Shown here: positions 12,087-24,862 of the stretch, in pieces
Layout of the letters: each line of letters opens with the position of its first letter
Numbering within the stretch: the first letter of the stretch is position 1
Assembly: GCF_988242995.1 (NCBI RefSeq)
Contig: NZ_OZ547043.1
DNA: 64,000 nucleotides
Direction: 5' to 3' (one strand)
Notes under the pieces: model-generated
The model's input: the letters and a program-made list of their open reading frames with translations, nothing else
Told to the model about the DNA's origin: nothing
Databases searched by the model: none
Position numbers and translations under genes: made by a program

Positions 12087-13319
12087 TTAGTACAGCAGAC
12101 GGGCGCGAATGGTACCCGGAATAGCTTTCATTGCCTGCAGCGCTTTTTCGGCAACGTCTTCGTCGGCTTCAATATCAATAACTACATAACCCATCTGGGC
12201 GGAAGTTTGTAGATATTGCGCGGCGATGTTGACGCCCTGCTCGGCAAAAATTTTGTTGAGCGCAGTTAGTACGCCCGGACGGTTTTCGTGGATGTGCATC
12301 AGACGACGCCCACCGTGCAGTGGCAGCGAGACTTCCGGGAAGTTCACCGCAGAGAGCGTTGAGCCATTGTCAGAATACTTGATCAATTTACCCGCAACTT
12401 CCAGGCCGATATTCTCCTGCGCTTCCTGAGTCGAACCGCCAATGTGTGGCGTCAGAAGGACGTTGTCAAATTCACACAGCGGAGAGGTAAATGGATCGCT
12501 ATTGGTTGCCGGTTCCATCGGGAATACGTCGATTGCCGCCCCCGCCAGATGTTTGCTCGCCAGCGCGTCACACAGCGCCGGAATATCCACCACAGTACCG
12601 CGCGAAGCATTAATCAGCAGCGAGCCGGGCTTCATTAGTGAAATCTCTTTCGCACCCATCATATTTTTGGTGGACGGATTCTCTGGCACATGTAGACTCA
12701 CCACATCGCTCATATTCAGCAGGTCAGAAAGATGCTGTACCTGAGTGGCGTTGCCCAGCGGCAGTTTGTTTTCAATATCATAAAAGTAAACATACATTCC
12801 CAGCGATTCAGCCAGAATGCCCAATTGCGTACCAATATGACCGTAGCCGATGATACCCAGCTTTTTGCCGCGCGCTTCAAAAGAACCCGCCGCCAGTTTG
12901 TTCCACACGCCACGGTGCGCTTTAGCATTGGCTTCCGGCACGCCGCGCAATAGCAGCAGTAGTTCGCCAATCACCAGCTCCGCAACAGAGCGCGTATTTG
13001 AGAACGGTGCGTTAAATACCGGGATACCGCGTTTTGCCGCCGCATCCAGATCAACCTGGTTTGTTCCGATACAGAAACAGCCAATAGCGACCAGTTTTTC
13101 AGCGGCGTTGATCACGTCTTCGGTCAGATGGGTACGGGATCGCAGGCCGATGAAGTGGGCATCGCGGATGGATTCTTTTAATTGTTCATCATCCAGCGCG
13201 CCTTTGTGAAATTCGATGTTGGTGTAACCAGCTGCACGAAGGCTTTCCAGCGCCTTTTGGTGCACGCCTTCTACCAGCAGAAACTTAATCTTGTCTTTCT
13301 CCAGCGATACCTTTGCCAT
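12087..13319 (-). CDS. serA: D-3-phosphoglycerate dehydrogenase, 410 aa
   Basis: MAKVSLEKDKIKFLLVEGVHQKALESLRAAGYTNIEFHKGALDDEQL...ARLLY matches SerA. Confidence 0.95.
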   Translation of the reverse strand: MAKVSLEKDKIKFLLVEGVHQKALESLRAAGYTNIEFHKGALDDEQLKESIRDAHFIGLRSRTHLTEDVINAAEKLVAIGCFCIGTNQVDLDAAAKRGIPVFNAPFSNTRSVAELVIGELLLLLRGVPEANAKAHRGVWNKLAAGSFEARGKKLGIIGYGHIGTQLGILAESLGMYVYFYDIENKLPLGNATQVQHLSDLLNMSDVVSLHVPENPSTKNMMGAKEISLMKPGSLLINASRGTVVDIPALCDALASKHLAGAAIDVFPMEPATNSDPFTSPLCEFDNVLLTPHIGGSTQEAQENIGLEVAGKLIKYSDNGSTLSAVNFPEVSLPLHGGRRLMHIHENRPGVLTALNKIFAEQGVNIAAQYLQTSAQMGYVVIDIEADEDVAEKALQAMKAIPGTIRARLLY

Positions 13320-13574
13320 TTACCCAATCCTGTCTTTTGAAATGTTGTGTGCGGATTTGCGTCCGCCTTTCAACATATCAAAAAATAATATTGCGGCAAT
13401 ATGAACGTTTGCGTCGCGATGTTGAGGAAATATCACGCAAAGGTATTTCTTGGATGAATATGCTGGTTTAGAGGATTTATTTAGAGCAATCGACAATAGC
13501 CAGGTAAAAACGTGACACATGTCACCAAATTTAATGAAGAGAATTTTTTTAACGGGGGAGGTTCCCCCGTCAGA

Positions 13575-14234
13575 TCATTTCACAATGGTTTTGACACCGT
13601 CAGGTGTGCCAATCAGCGCAACGTCCGCGCCACGGTTAGCAAACAAGCCAACAGTCACCACGCCAGGAATCGCATTTATGGCGTTTTCCATCGCTATCGG
13701 GTCAAGGATTTCCATGCCGTGGACGTCGAGGATCACGTTGCCGTTATCGGTCACCACGCCCTGACGGTATTCCGGACGACCGCCCAGTTTCACCAGCTGG
13801 CGCGCCACTGCACTACGTGCCATCGGGATAACTTCTACTGGCAGCGGGAATTTGCCCAGAATATCAACCTGCTTGGAGGCGTCGGCAATACAGATAAATT
13901 TTTCCGCAACCGAAGCAATGATTTTTTCACGGGTCAGCGCCGCGCCGCCGCCTTTGATCATTTGCATGTGGCCGTTGATTTCATCTGCGCCATCAACGTA
14001 GATGCCAAGGCTGTCGACTTCGTTGAGATCAAAAACGTGAATGCCGAGGCTTTTCAGTTTTTCAGTGGAAGCATCTGAACTGGAAACGGCCCCTTCAATC
14101 TGGCCTTTCATCGTGCCGAGCGCGTCAATAAAGTGTGCGGCGGTGGAACCTGTACCTACACCAACAATGGTGCCGGGCTGAACATACTGAAGTGCCGCCC
14201 ATCCTACTGCTTTTTTCAATTCATCCTGCGTCAT
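13575..14234 (-). CDS. rpiA: Ribose-5-phosphate isomerase A, 219 aa
   Basis: [35 protein letters not shown]...; the track ORF carries a 24-codon upstream extension. Confidence 0.95.
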
Positions 14235-14616
14235 GATCGTTTCGCCTGTGGTATGAAATTTCACACGCATTATATACAAAAAAAGCGATTCAGACCCCGT
14301 TGGCAAGCCGCGTGGTTAACTCATCCATAAAATATCGCGCAATGGCGGGCATCCCCTTTCGCCCGGCAAATAAAGCATACAACGGTCTGGGTATGCCGCT
14401 CCACGGTGCGAACAGAGGCAATAACGCCACGCCATTCAACATAACCAGGGCGCGAAGTCGCTAAGCGAAATGCAATAGCGCAAATCCCTGATCTTTTAAG
14501 CTGCGCGTTTAACCATTGATACAAATGTTACCCGCCGACGGCTTCGGTATATGCAACCTGACACAAAATTGTGTCATAGTGCAGGAAAAAGCATTTACCA
14601 GGAGCAGACAACAGCA

Positions 14617-15510
14617 ATGAAACGCCCGGACTACAGAACATTACAGGCACTGGATGCGGTGATACGTGAACGAGGATTTGAACGCGCGGCACAAAAGCTG
14701 TGCATTACACAATCAGCCGTCTCACAGCGCATTAAGCAACTGGAAAATATGTTCGGGCAGCCGCTGTTGGTGCGTACCGTACCGCCGCGCCCGACAGAAC
14801 AAGGGCAAAAACTGCTGGCACTGCTACGCCAGGTGGAGTTGCTGGAAGAAGAGTGGCTGGGCGATGAACAAACCGGTTCGACTCCGCTGCTGCTTTCACT
14901 GGCGGTCAACGCCGACAGTCTGGCGACGTGGTTGCTTCCGGCGCTGGCTCCTGTGTTAGCTGATTCGCCTATCCGCCTCAACTTGCAGGTAGAAGATGAA
15001 ACCCGCACTCAGGAACGTCTGCGCCGCGGCGAAGTGGTCGGCGCGGTGAGTATTCAACATCAGGCGCTGCCGAGTTGCCTTGTCGATAAGCTCGGTGCGC
15101 TTGACTATCTGTTCGTCAGCTCAAAACCGTTTGCCGAAAAATATTTCCCTAACGGCGTAACGCGTTCGGCATTATTGAAAGCACCTGTGGTCGCCTTTGA
15201 CCATCTTGACGATATGCACCAGGCCTTTTTGCAGCAAAACTTCGACCTGCCCCCAGGCAGCGTACCGTGCCATATCGTTAATTCTTCAGAAGCGTTCGTA
15301 CAACTTGCTCGCCAGGGCACCACCTGCTGTATGATCCCGCACCTGCAAATCGAGAAAGAACTGACCAGCGGTGAACTGATTGACTTAACGCCGGGGCTAT
15401 TTCAACGCCGGATGCTCTACTGGCACCGCTTTGCTCCTGAAAGCCGCATGATGCGTAAAGTCACTGATGCGTTGCTCGATTATGGTCACAAAGTCCTTCG
15501 TCAGGATTAA
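14617..15510 (+). CDS. argP: LysR-family transcriptional regulator ArgP (IciA), 297 aa
   Basis: [43 protein letters not shown]... matches ArgP. Confidence 0.95.
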   Translation: MKRPDYRTLQALDAVIRERGFERAAQKLCITQSAVSQRIKQLENMFGQPLLVRTVPPRPTEQGQKLLALLRQVELLEEEWLGDEQTGSTPLLLSLAVNADSLATWLLPALAPVLADSPIRLNLQVEDETRTQERLRRGEVVGAVSIQHQALPSCLVDKLGALDYLFVSSKPFAEKYFPNGVTRSALLKAPVVAFDHLDDMHQAFLQQNFDLPPGSVPCHIVNSSEAFVQLARQGTTCCMIPHLQIEKELTSGELIDLTPGLFQRRMLYWHRFAPESRMMRKVTDALLDYGHKVLRQD

Positions 15511-15713
15511 TCCATCAAATAATGCCTGATAGCACATATCAGGCATTATCCTCACTTCTTTTTGTATTCCTTGAATCACATCACAAAATAGACAAATCTC
15601 AGGCGGCAAAAAACGACGTCTGAATGCATTTTTTTTGCTGGCGACAAACCCACGTAAAAAGCTCACCGTAAGCGCAAATACCCTCATTTTGATTGCGTTT
15701 TACGGAGCAAATA

Positions 15714-17858
15714 ATGTCTAACGTGCAGGAGTGGCAACAGCTTGCCAACAAGGAATTGAGCCGTCGGGAGAAAACTGTCGACTCGCTGGTTCAGCAAACC
15801 GCGGAAGGGATCGCCATCAAGCCGCTGTATACCGAAGCCGATCTCGATAATCTGGAGGTGACAGGTACCCTTCCTGGTTTGCCCCCCTACGTTCGTGGCC
15901 CGCGTGCCACTATGTATACCGCCCAACCGTGGACCATCCGTCAGTATGCTGGTTTTTCAACAGCAAAAGAGTCCAACGCTTTTTATCGCCGTAACCTGGC
16001 CGCCGGGCAAAAAGGTCTTTCCGTTGCGTTTGACCTTGCCACCCACCGAGGCTACGACTCCGATAACCCGCGCGTGGCGGGCGACGTCGGCAAAGCGGGC
16101 GTTGCTATCGACACCGTGGAAGATATGAAAGTCCTGTTCGACCAGATCCCGCTGGATAAAATGTCGGTTTCGATGACCATGAATGGCGCAGTACTACCAG
16201 TACTGGCGTTTTATATTGTCGCCGCAGAAGAGCAAGGTGTTACACCCGATAAACTGACCGGCACCATTCAAAACGATATCCTCAAAGAGTATCTTTGCCG
16301 CAACACCTATATTTACCCGCCAAAACCGTCAATGCGTATTATCGCAGACATCATCGCCTGGTGTTCCGGCAACATGCCGCGATTTAATACCATCAGTATC
16401 AGCGGTTACCATATGGGTGAAGCGGGTGCCAACTGCGTGCAGCAGGTAGCATTTACGCTCGCTGATGGGATTGAGTACATCAAAGCAGCAATCTCCGCCG
16501 GGCTGAAAATTGATGACTTCGCTCCTCGCCTGTCGTTCTTCTTCGGCATTGGCATGGATCTGTTTATGAACGTCGCCATGTTGCGTGCGGCACGTTATTT
16601 ATGGAGCGAAGCGGTCAGTGGATTTGGCGCACAGGATCCGAAATCACTGGCGCTGCGTACCCACTGCCAGACCTCAGGCTGGAGCCTGACTGAACAGGAT
16701 CCGTATAACAACGTTATCCGCACCACCATTGAAGCACTGGCTGCAACGCTGGGCGGTACTCAGTCACTGCATACCAACGCCTTTGATGAAGCGCTTGGTT
16801 TGCCTACCGATTTCTCAGCACGCATTGCCCGCAATACCCAGATCATCATTCAGGAAGAATCAGAACTCTGCCGCACCGTCGATCCACTGGCCGGATCCTA
16901 TTACGTTGAATCGCTGACCGATCAAATCGTCAAACAAGCCAGAGCCATTATCCAACAGATCGACGAAGCCGGTGGCATGGCGAAAGCGATCGAAGCAGGT
17001 CTGCCAAAACGAATGATCGAAGAGGCCTCAGCGCGCGAACAGTCGTTGATCGACCAGGGCAAGCATGTCATCGTTGGTGTCAACAAGTACAAACTGGATC
17101 ACGAAGACGAAACCGATGTACTTGAGATCGACAACGTGATGGTGCGTAACGAGCAAATTGCTTCGCTGGAACGCATTCGCGCCACCCGTGATGATGCCGC
17201 CGTAACCGCCGCGTTGAACGCCCTGACTCACGCCGCACAGCATAACGAAAACCTGCTGGCTGCCGCTGTTAATGCCGCTCGCGTTCGCGCAACGCTTGGT
17301 GAAATTTCCGATGCACTGGAAGCGGCATTTGACCGTTATCTGGTGCCAAGCCAGTGTGTTACCGGCGTGATTGCGCAAAGCTATCATCAGTCTGAGAAAT
17401 CGGCCACCGAGTTCGATGCCATTGTTGCGCAAACGGAGCAGTTCCTTGCCGACAATGGTCGTCGCCCGCGCATTCTGATCGCCAAAATGGGCCAGGATGG
17501 GCACGATCGCGGCGCGAAAGTGATCGCCAGCGCCTATTCCGATCTCGGTTTCGACGTAGATTTAAGCCCGATGTTCTCTACACCTGAAGAGATCGCCCGC
17601 CTGGCAGTAGAAAACGACGTTCACGTAGTGGGCGCATCTTCACTGGCTGCCGGTCATAAAACGCTGATCCCGGAACTAGTCGAAGCGCTGAAAAAATGGG
17701 GACGCGAAGATATCTGCGTGGTCGCGGGTGGCGTCATTCCGCCGCAGGATTACGCCTTCCTGCAGGAGCGCGGCGTGGCGGCGATTTATGGTCCAGGTAC
17801 GCCTATGCTCGACAGCGTGCGCGACGTACTGAATCTGATAAGCCAGCATCATGATTAA
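15714..17858 (+). CDS. scpA: Methylmalonyl-CoA mutase (Sbm, the so-called sleeping beauty mutase), 714 aa
   Basis: [25 protein letters not shown]...; B12-binding C-terminal domain; the ATG at 15714 follows GGAG. Confidence 0.95.
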   Translation: MSNVQEWQQLANKELSRREKTVDSLVQQTAEGIAIKPLYTEADLDNLEVTGTLPGLPPYVRGPRATMYTAQPWTIRQYAGFSTAKESNAFYRRNLAAGQKGLSVAFDLATHRGYDSDNPRVAGDVGKAGVAIDTVEDMKVLFDQIPLDKMSVSMTMNGAVLPVLAFYIVAAEEQGVTPDKLTGTIQNDILKEYLCRNTYIYPPKPSMRIIADIIAWCSGNMPRFNTISISGYHMGEAGANCVQQVAFTLADGIEYIKAAISAGLKIDDFAPRLSFFFGIGMDLFMNVAMLRAARYLWSEAVSGFGAQDPKSLALRTHCQTSGWSLTEQDPYNNVIRTTIEALAATLGGTQSLHTNAFDEALGLPTDFSARIARNTQIIIQEESELCRTVDPLAGSYYVESLTDQIVKQARAIIQQIDEAGGMAKAIEAGLPKRMIEEASAREQSLIDQGKHVIVGVNKYKLDHEDETDVLEIDNVMVRNEQIASLERIRATRDDAAVTAALNALTHAAQHNENLLAAAVNAARVRATLGEISDALEAAFDRYLVPSQCVTGVIAQSYHQSEKSATEFDAIVAQTEQFLADNGRRPRILIAKMGQDGHDRGAKVIASAYSDLGFDVDLSPMFSTPEEIARLAVENDVHVVGASSLAAGHKTLIPELVEALKKWGREDICVVAGGVIPPQDYAFLQERGVAAIYGPGTPMLDSVRDVLNLISQHHD

Positions 17859-18846
17859 TGAAGCCACGCTGGCAGAAAGTATTCGCCGCTTACGTCAGGG
17901 TGAGCGTGCCACGCTCGCCCAGGCCATGACGCTGGTGGAAAGCCGTCACCCGCGTCATCAGGCGCTAAGTACGCAACTGCTTGATGCCATTATGCCGTTC
18001 TGTGGTAACGCCCTGCGACTGGGTGTTACCGGCACACCCGGCGCGGGGAAAAGTACCTTTCTTGAAGCCTTTGGCATGTTGTTGATTCGTGAGGGACTAA
18101 AGGTTGCGGTTATTGCGGTCGATCCCAGCAGCCCGGTCACTGGCGGTAGCATTCTCGGAGATAAAACCCGCATGAATGATCTGGCGCGTGCCGAGGCGGC
18201 GTTTATTCGCCCGGTACCCTCCTCCGGTCATCTGGGCGGTGCCAGTCAGCGAGCGCGGGAATTAATGCTGTTATGCGAAGCGGCGGGTTATGACGTAGTG
18301 ATTGTCGAAACGGTTGGCGTCGGACAGTCGGAAACGGAAGTCGCCCGCATGGTGGACTGTTTTATCTCGTTGCAAATTGCCGGTGGCGGCGATGATCTGC
18401 AGGGCATTAAAAAGGGGCTGATGGAAGTGGCAGATCTGATCGTTATCAACAAAGACGATGGCGATAACCATACCAATGTCGCCATTGCCCAGCATATGTA
18501 CGAGAGTGCCCTGCATATTCTGCGACACAAATACGACGAATGGCAGCCACGGGTTCTGACTTGTAGCGCACTGGAAAAACGTGGAATCAATGAGATCTGG
18601 CACGCCATCATCGACTTCAAAACCGCGCTAACTGCCAGTGGTCGTTTGCAACAAGTACGGCAACAACAATCAGTGGAATGGCTGCGTAAACAAACCGAAG
18701 AAGAAGTACTGAATCACCTGTTCGCGAATGAAGATTTCGATCGCTATTACCGCCAGACGCTTTTAGCGGTCAAAAACAATACGCTCTCACCGCGCACCGG
18801 CCTGCGACAGCTCAGTGAATTTATCCAGACGCAATATTTTGATTAA
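17851..18846 (+). CDS. argK: MeaB/ArgK-type GTPase, methylmalonyl-CoA mutase chaperone, 331 aa
   Basis: P-loop GTPGAGKST; overlaps the scpA 3' end by 8 nt. Confidence 0.9.
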   Translation: MINEATLAESIRRLRQGERATLAQAMTLVESRHPRHQALSTQLLDAIMPFCGNALRLGVTGTPGAGKSTFLEAFGMLLIREGLKVAVIAVDPSSPVTGGSILGDKTRMNDLARAEAAFIRPVPSSGHLGGASQRARELMLLCEAAGYDVVIVETVGVGQSETEVARMVDCFISLQIAGGGDDLQGIKKGLMEVADLIVINKDDGDNHTNVAIAQHMYESALHILRHKYDEWQPRVLTCSALEKRGINEIWHAIIDFKTALTASGRLQQVRQQQSVEWLRKQTEEEVLNHLFANEDFDRYYRQTLLAVKNNTLSPRTGLRQLSEFIQTQYFD

Positions 18847-18856
18847 AGGAATTTTT

Positions 18857-19642
18857 ATGTCTTATCAGTATGTGAACGTTGTCACTATCAACAAAGTGGC
18901 GGTCATTGAGTTTAACTATGGCCGAAAACTTAATGCCTTAAGTAAAGTCTTTATTGATGATCTTATGCAGGCATTAAGCGATCTCAACCGGCCGGAAATT
19001 CGCTGTATCATTTTGCGCGCGCCGAGTGGATCCAAAGTCTTCTCCGCAGGTCACGATATTCACGAACTGCCGTCTGGCGGTCGCGATCCGCTCTCCTATG
19101 ATGATCCATTGCGCCAAATCACCCGCATGATCCAAAAATTCCCGAAACCGATCATTTCGATGGTGGAAGGTAGTGTTTGGGGTGGCGCATTTGAAATGAT
19201 CATGAGTTCCGATCTGATTATCGCCGCCAGTACCTCAACCTTCTCAATAACGCCTGTAAACCTCGGTGTCCCGTATAACCTGGTCGGCATTCACAACCTG
19301 ACCCGCGACGCGGGCTTCCACATTGTCAAAGAGCTGATTTTTACCGCTTCGCCAATCACCGCCCAGCGCGCGCTGGCTGTCGGCATCCTCAACCATGTTG
19401 TGGAAGTGGAAGAACTGGAAGATTTCACCTTACAAATGGCGCACCACATCTCTGAGAAAGCGCCGTTAGCCATTGCCGTTATCAAAGAAGAGCTGCGTGT
19501 ACTGGGCGAAGCGCACACCATGAACTCCGATGAATTTGAACGTATTCAGGGGATGCGCCGCGCGGTTTATGACAGCGAAGACTACCAGGAAGGGATGAAC
19601 GCTTTCCTCGAAAAACGTAAACCTAATTTCGTTGGTCATTAA
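18857..19642 (+). CDS. scpB: Methylmalonyl-CoA decarboxylase (crotonase fold), 261 aa
   Basis: MSYQYVNVVTINKVAVIEFNYGRKLNAL... matches ScpB/YgfG. Confidence 0.9.
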   Translation: MSYQYVNVVTINKVAVIEFNYGRKLNALSKVFIDDLMQALSDLNRPEIRCIILRAPSGSKVFSAGHDIHELPSGGRDPLSYDDPLRQITRMIQKFPKPIISMVEGSVWGGAFEMIMSSDLIIAASTSTFSITPVNLGVPYNLVGIHNLTRDAGFHIVKELIFTASPITAQRALAVGILNHVVEVEELEDFTLQMAHHISEKAPLAIAVIKEELRVLGEAHTMNSDEFERIQGMRRAVYDSEDYQEGMNAFLEKRKPNFVGH

Positions 19643-19665
19643 TCCCTGCGAACGAAGGAGTTAAA

Positions 19666-21144
19666 ATGGAAACTCAGTGGACAAGGATGACCGCCGATGA
19701 AGCGGCAGAAATTATCCAGCATAACGACATGGTGGCATTTAGCGGCTTTACCCCAGCGGGTTCGCCGAAAGCCTTACCCACCGCGATTGCCCGCAGAGCT
19801 AACGAACAGCATGAGGCCAAAAAGCCGTATCAAATTCGCCTGCTGACGGGGGCGTCAATCAGCGCCGCCGCTGACGATGTACTTTCTGACGCCGATGCTG
19901 TTTCCTGGCGTGCGCCATATCAAACATCGTCCGGTTTACGTAAAAAGATCAATCAGGGCGCGGTGAGTTTCGTTGACCTGCATTTGAGCGAAGTGGCGCA
20001 AATGGTCAATTACGGTTTCTTCGGCGACATTGATGTTGCCGTCATTGAAGCATCGGCACTGGCACCGGATGGTCGAGTCTGGTTAACCAGCGGGATCGGT
20101 AATGCGCCGACCTGGCTGCTGCGAGCGAAGAAAGTGATCATTGAACTTAATCACTATCACGATCCGCGCGTTGCAGAACTGGCAGATATTGTGATTCCTG
20201 GCGCGCCACCGCGCCGCAATAGCGTGTCGATCTTCCATGCAATGGATCGCGTCGGTACCCGCTATGTGCAAATCGATCCGAAAAAGATTGTCGCCGTCGT
20301 GGAAACCAACTTGCCTGACGCCGGTAATATGCTGGATAAGCAAAATCCCATGTGCCAACAGATTGCCGATAACGTGGTCACGTTCTTGTTGCAGGAAATG
20401 GCGCATGGGCGTATTCCGCCGGAATTTCTGCCGCTACAAAGTGGCGTGGGCAATATCAATAATGCAGTCATGGCGCGACTAGGGGAAAACCCGGAAATTC
20501 CTCCGTTCATGATGTATTCGGAAGTGCTACAGGAATCGGTGGTGCATTTACTGGAAACGGGCAAAATCAGCGGGGCCAGCGCCTCCAGCCTGACTATCTC
20601 GGCCGATTCCCTGCGCAAGATTTACGACAATATGGATTACTTTGCCAGCCGCATTGTGTTGCGTCCGCAGGAAATTTCCAATAACCCGGAAATCATCCGT
20701 CGTCTGGGCGTCATCGCTCTGAACGTCGGCCTGGAGTTTGATATTTACGGGCATGCCAACTCAACGCACGTAGCCGGGGTCGATCTGATGAACGGCATCG
20801 GTGGCAGCGGTGATTTTGAACGCAACGCGTATCTGTCGATCTTTATGGCTCCGTCGATTGCTAAAGAAGGCAAGATCTCAACCGTCGTGCCAATGTGCAG
20901 CCATGTTGATCACAGCGAACACAGCGTCAAAGTGATCATCACCGAACAAGGCATCGCCGATCTGCGTGGTCTTTCCCCGCTTCAACGCGCCCGCACTATC
21001 ATTGATAATTGTGCACATCCTATGTATCGGGATTATCTGCATCGCTATCTGGAAAATGCGCCCGGCGGACATATTCACCACGATCTTAGCCACGTCTTCG
21101 ATTTACACCGTAATTTAATTGCAACCGGCTCGATGCTGGGTTAA
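19666..21144 (+). CDS. scpC: Propionyl-CoA:succinate CoA transferase, 492 aa
   Basis: METQWTRMTADEAAEIIQHNDMVAFSGF... matches ScpC/YgfH. Confidence 0.9.
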   Translation: METQWTRMTADEAAEIIQHNDMVAFSGFTPAGSPKALPTAIARRANEQHEAKKPYQIRLLTGASISAAADDVLSDADAVSWRAPYQTSSGLRKKINQGAVSFVDLHLSEVAQMVNYGFFGDIDVAVIEASALAPDGRVWLTSGIGNAPTWLLRAKKVIIELNHYHDPRVAELADIVIPGAPPRRNSVSIFHAMDRVGTRYVQIDPKKIVAVVETNLPDAGNMLDKQNPMCQQIADNVVTFLLQEMAHGRIPPEFLPLQSGVGNINNAVMARLGENPEIPPFMMYSEVLQESVVHLLETGKISGASASSLTISADSLRKIYDNMDYFASRIVLRPQEISNNPEIIRRLGVIALNVGLEFDIYGHANSTHVAGVDLMNGIGGSGDFERNAYLSIFMAPSIAKEGKISTVVPMCSHVDHSEHSVKVIITEQGIADLRGLSPLQRARTIIDNCAHPMYRDYLHRYLENAPGGHIHHDLSHVFDLHRNLIATGSMLG

Positions 21145-22037
21145 TGACTCGTCCCGTCACGATCTTCAGCAATATGCTGAAGCATCGTGGCGGTATAACG
21201 ATGATTTCTGATTGAATAAAGATATTCCTGCATATACATCGGCCTGTGCGGCGCATCAAAATATTTCAGCGTTGCCGGATTCACCAGTCGCCAGGCAAAA
21301 TGCGGGATCACCGTCAGAAAATGTCCGCGCTCCACGGCACTGATTTTGGCCATAAAACTGTAAGGTCGATAAATAATGGTGGGATTGATCCCACAAGGAC
21401 GCATATTCGCATCAATCATTGCTTCGAAGTTGGCCCGGTTCTGAAAGCGCATTTGTAGCCAGGGTAGCTCCTGAAGCAACTCTTGCTCTTGTCGCTCTTC
21501 ATAACGGCGAGAAACGAGAAAGCCCAATCGCAGCGGTGGTAGTTCACTGATAGTCAGGTTTTCCAGTTCCTGAACTCGTGCAGATACATGCTGTGGGGAG
21601 ATAATAAAATCTAACTGACGGTCAAAAAGATTATCGATAACGCCGTTTTCGCTGAACTCAACTGGCTGGGCGGTCACGCCTTCATACTTATCTCCGAGAC
21701 TAATCAACTGATCGAAAATAATTGTCGGATAAGTATTATCTATGCCAATCACAATTTCTCGTGAACGACGCCCTGAGTTATGGATTTCATTATCAATCGC
21801 AGAAAGTCGTTGATAAACCGGGAACAGTTTTTGATACAGTTCCTGTCCGGCTTTATTGAGGCTGATATTATTATCTTTGCGGGTAAATAGCGTATAGCCA
21901 ATTTGTTCTTCCAGCGCGGCAATGCTTTTACCAAATGGCGAAGCCGTCATATGGATTTTTTCTGCCGCCCGGGCAATATTATTGGTTTGCGCTAATAAAA
22001 TGAAATTGCGCATCTTTTTCGAAATAAAAATGTCCAT
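21141..22037 (-). CDS. ygfI: LysR-family transcriptional regulator YgfI, 298 aa
   Basis: N-terminal helix-turn-helix followed by a LysR substrate-binding domain; 3' end overlaps convergent scpC by 4 nt. Confidence 0.85.
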   Translation of the reverse strand: MDIFISKKMRNFILLAQTNNIARAAEKIHMTASPFGKSIAALEEQIGYTLFTRKDNNISLNKAGQELYQKLFPVYQRLSAIDNEIHNSGRRSREIVIGIDNTYPTIIFDQLISLGDKYEGVTAQPVEFSENGVIDNLFDRQLDFIISPQHVSARVQELENLTISELPPLRLGFLVSRRYEERQEQELLQELPWLQMRFQNRANFEAMIDANMRPCGINPTIIYRPYSFMAKISAVERGHFLTVIPHFAWRLVNPATLKYFDAPHRPMYMQEYLYSIRNHRYTATMLQHIAEDRDGTSH

Positions 22038-22204
22038 ACCCCCTCCCCCGCATCCTTGTCCGCTTAACCGTTTCAGTCAGCCTATCCTTGATGAAACCGC
22101 GAGCAAAGATAGGTGATTACGTCATGGTTTTACAGAAAATTACAGAAAAAGGAGGCAATATCGGGTAAAGGCATTAGCCCGACGAATACGTCGGGCTACA
22201 AATA

Positions 22205-22945
22205 TTATTGTGCTGCAGGTGTTTTAGCGGGTTGTTGATCCACAGGTTCTAACTGGAAGACCACATCGACCTGATCATCAAACTGAATAGCGGCCTGCTC
22301 GTAAGTTTCCTGGGCGGACACCGGCGCGGCATCGGCTTTCATCATCCGCACCATTGGGCTGGGCTGATAGTTGGAAACATGGTAGCGCACGCTATATACC
22401 GGCCCCAGTTTACGATGAAAGCCGTTCGCCAGTTCCTGCGCCTGATGAATCGCGTTATCAATCGCTGCCTTACGCGCTTTGTCTTTATAGGCATCCGGCT
22501 GCGCCACGCCCAGCGATACAGAACGAATTTCGTTAAGACCCGCCTTCAGCGCACCATCCAGCAAGGAATTCAGTTTGTCTAACTGACGGAGCGTGACTTC
22601 CACCGTTCTCACAGCGCGGTAGCCTTTCAGGATACTTTTACCATCCTGATAATCATAATCTGGCTGGGTGCGTAAGTTCGCTGAGCTGATATCTTTTTTC
22701 GCGATCTGATTGAGTTCAAGGAAGGAAATGTATTGTGCGACGCGCTCATCCGCCTGTTTCTTGGCAGTAGCGGCATCCTTCGCGGCCACGTTGACTTCAA
22801 TCGCAAGAGTGGCAATGTCTGGCACCGCATCCACGCTTGCCGTACCGGAGGTGACAATATGCGGTCCATCCGGCAATTCGTTAGCCTGCGCTGCCATCCC
22901 GCTAATACCCATTAATGCCGCCAGGGCGATAACTTTGAACTTCAC
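22205..22945 (-). CDS. yggE: Periplasmic SIMPL/DUF541 family protein YggE, 246 aa
   Basis: Signal peptide MKFKVIALAALMGISGMAAQA; matches YggE. Confidence 0.85.
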   Translation of the reverse strand: MKFKVIALAALMGISGMAAQANELPDGPHIVTSGTASVDAVPDIATLAIEVNVAAKDAATAKKQADERVAQYISFLELNQIAKKDISSANLRTQPDYDYQDGKSILKGYRAVRTVEVTLRQLDKLNSLLDGALKAGLNEIRSVSLGVAQPDAYKDKARKAAIDNAIHQAQELANGFHRKLGPVYSVRYHVSNYQPSPMVRMMKADAAPVSAQETYEQAAIQFDDQVDVVFQLEPVDQQPAKTPAAQ

Positions 22946-23037
22946 GTTAGTCTCTCCGTGTTAATTGACTTGCCCAAAATTCAGGACCTCTGGAGGCAAG
23001 CTTAGCGCCTCTGTTTTATTTTTCCATCAGATAGCGC

Positions 23038-23673
23038 CTAACTGAACAAGGCTTGTGCATGAGCAATACCGTCTCTCGCCAGCTGCAAGGCAATAAACCA
23101 CATAACACATCCCACTACCAGATTGATAATGCGCTGTGATTTTGCCGTGCGCAGGCGCGGTGCCAGCCAGGCTGCGAGAATAGCCAGACCAAAGAACCAC
23201 AGGAAAGAGGCGCTAATTGTCCCGAGCGCAAACCAACGTTTTGGTTCCACATCAAGTTGCCCGCCAAGGCTGCCCAGTACAACAAAAGTATCCAGGTAAA
23301 CATGCGGATTCAGCCAGGTCACTGCCAGCATGGTGGCGATAATTTTCCATCTGCCTTGCTTCAGGACTTCGGCACTGGCTAACTCAATATTGCTGCTCAT
23401 CGCTGTTTTAAAAGCGCCAAAACCATACCACAGCAAGAAGGCTACGCCGCCCCAGGTGACCAGCGCCAGCAACCACGGCGACTGCATCAATAACGCGCTG
23501 CCACCAAAAATCCCCGCGCAAATCAGGACCAAATCGCTGATAGCGCAAAGTAAGGCAATCATAATGTGGTACTGACGACGAATGCCCTGATTCATCACAA
23601 AAGCATTTTGTGGACCGAGCGGTAGGATCATAGCTGCGCCAAGCGCAAGACCTTGAAAGTAATAAGAAAACAC
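23038..23673 (-). CDS. argO: Arginine exporter ArgO (LysE family), 211 aa
   Basis: [34 protein letters not shown]... matches ArgO. Confidence 0.9.
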
Positions 23674-23811
23674 GTTGGATATTCCGAATTAAGTATCTGA
23701 TGCAGAGACTATATCGCGGGATTGTTATTAGCGGAAATTGATAATATTAATTGGCAATCAGAAAAACTAATAAGAGAGAGGCCAGAGAGTATTATCTGGC
23801 CTCAGCGTTGA

Positions 23812-24672
<861 letters not shown>

Positions 24673-24813
24673 TCAATATTCCTTTTCAACTGACTCAAAA
24701 TGGAGAAATACACTCCGCCGCCTTATGACGGGCAGTCTGACAAGGGTAAACAATAAAGCATAATTTTGCCAAATAGATCACAGATTTCTCATCTGTATCA
24801 CCTTGCTTTTGGC

Positions 24814-24838
24814 GAAAAAAAGACCCGCAGAGCGGGCC
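24814..24838 (-). terminator. Intrinsic terminator downstream of fbaA
   Basis: ggcccgctctgcgggtc hairpin followed by a 7-T run on the minus strand. Confidence 0.7.
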
Positions 24839-24862
24839 TTGAGATAAGCAGAAAGGAATGGC

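Noticed and set aside
14321-14524. 67-aa minus-strand ORF between rpiA and argP (possible yqfE-like remnant)
   Set aside because: No recognisable domain or convincing start context; I cannot support it as a gene from the sequence alone.
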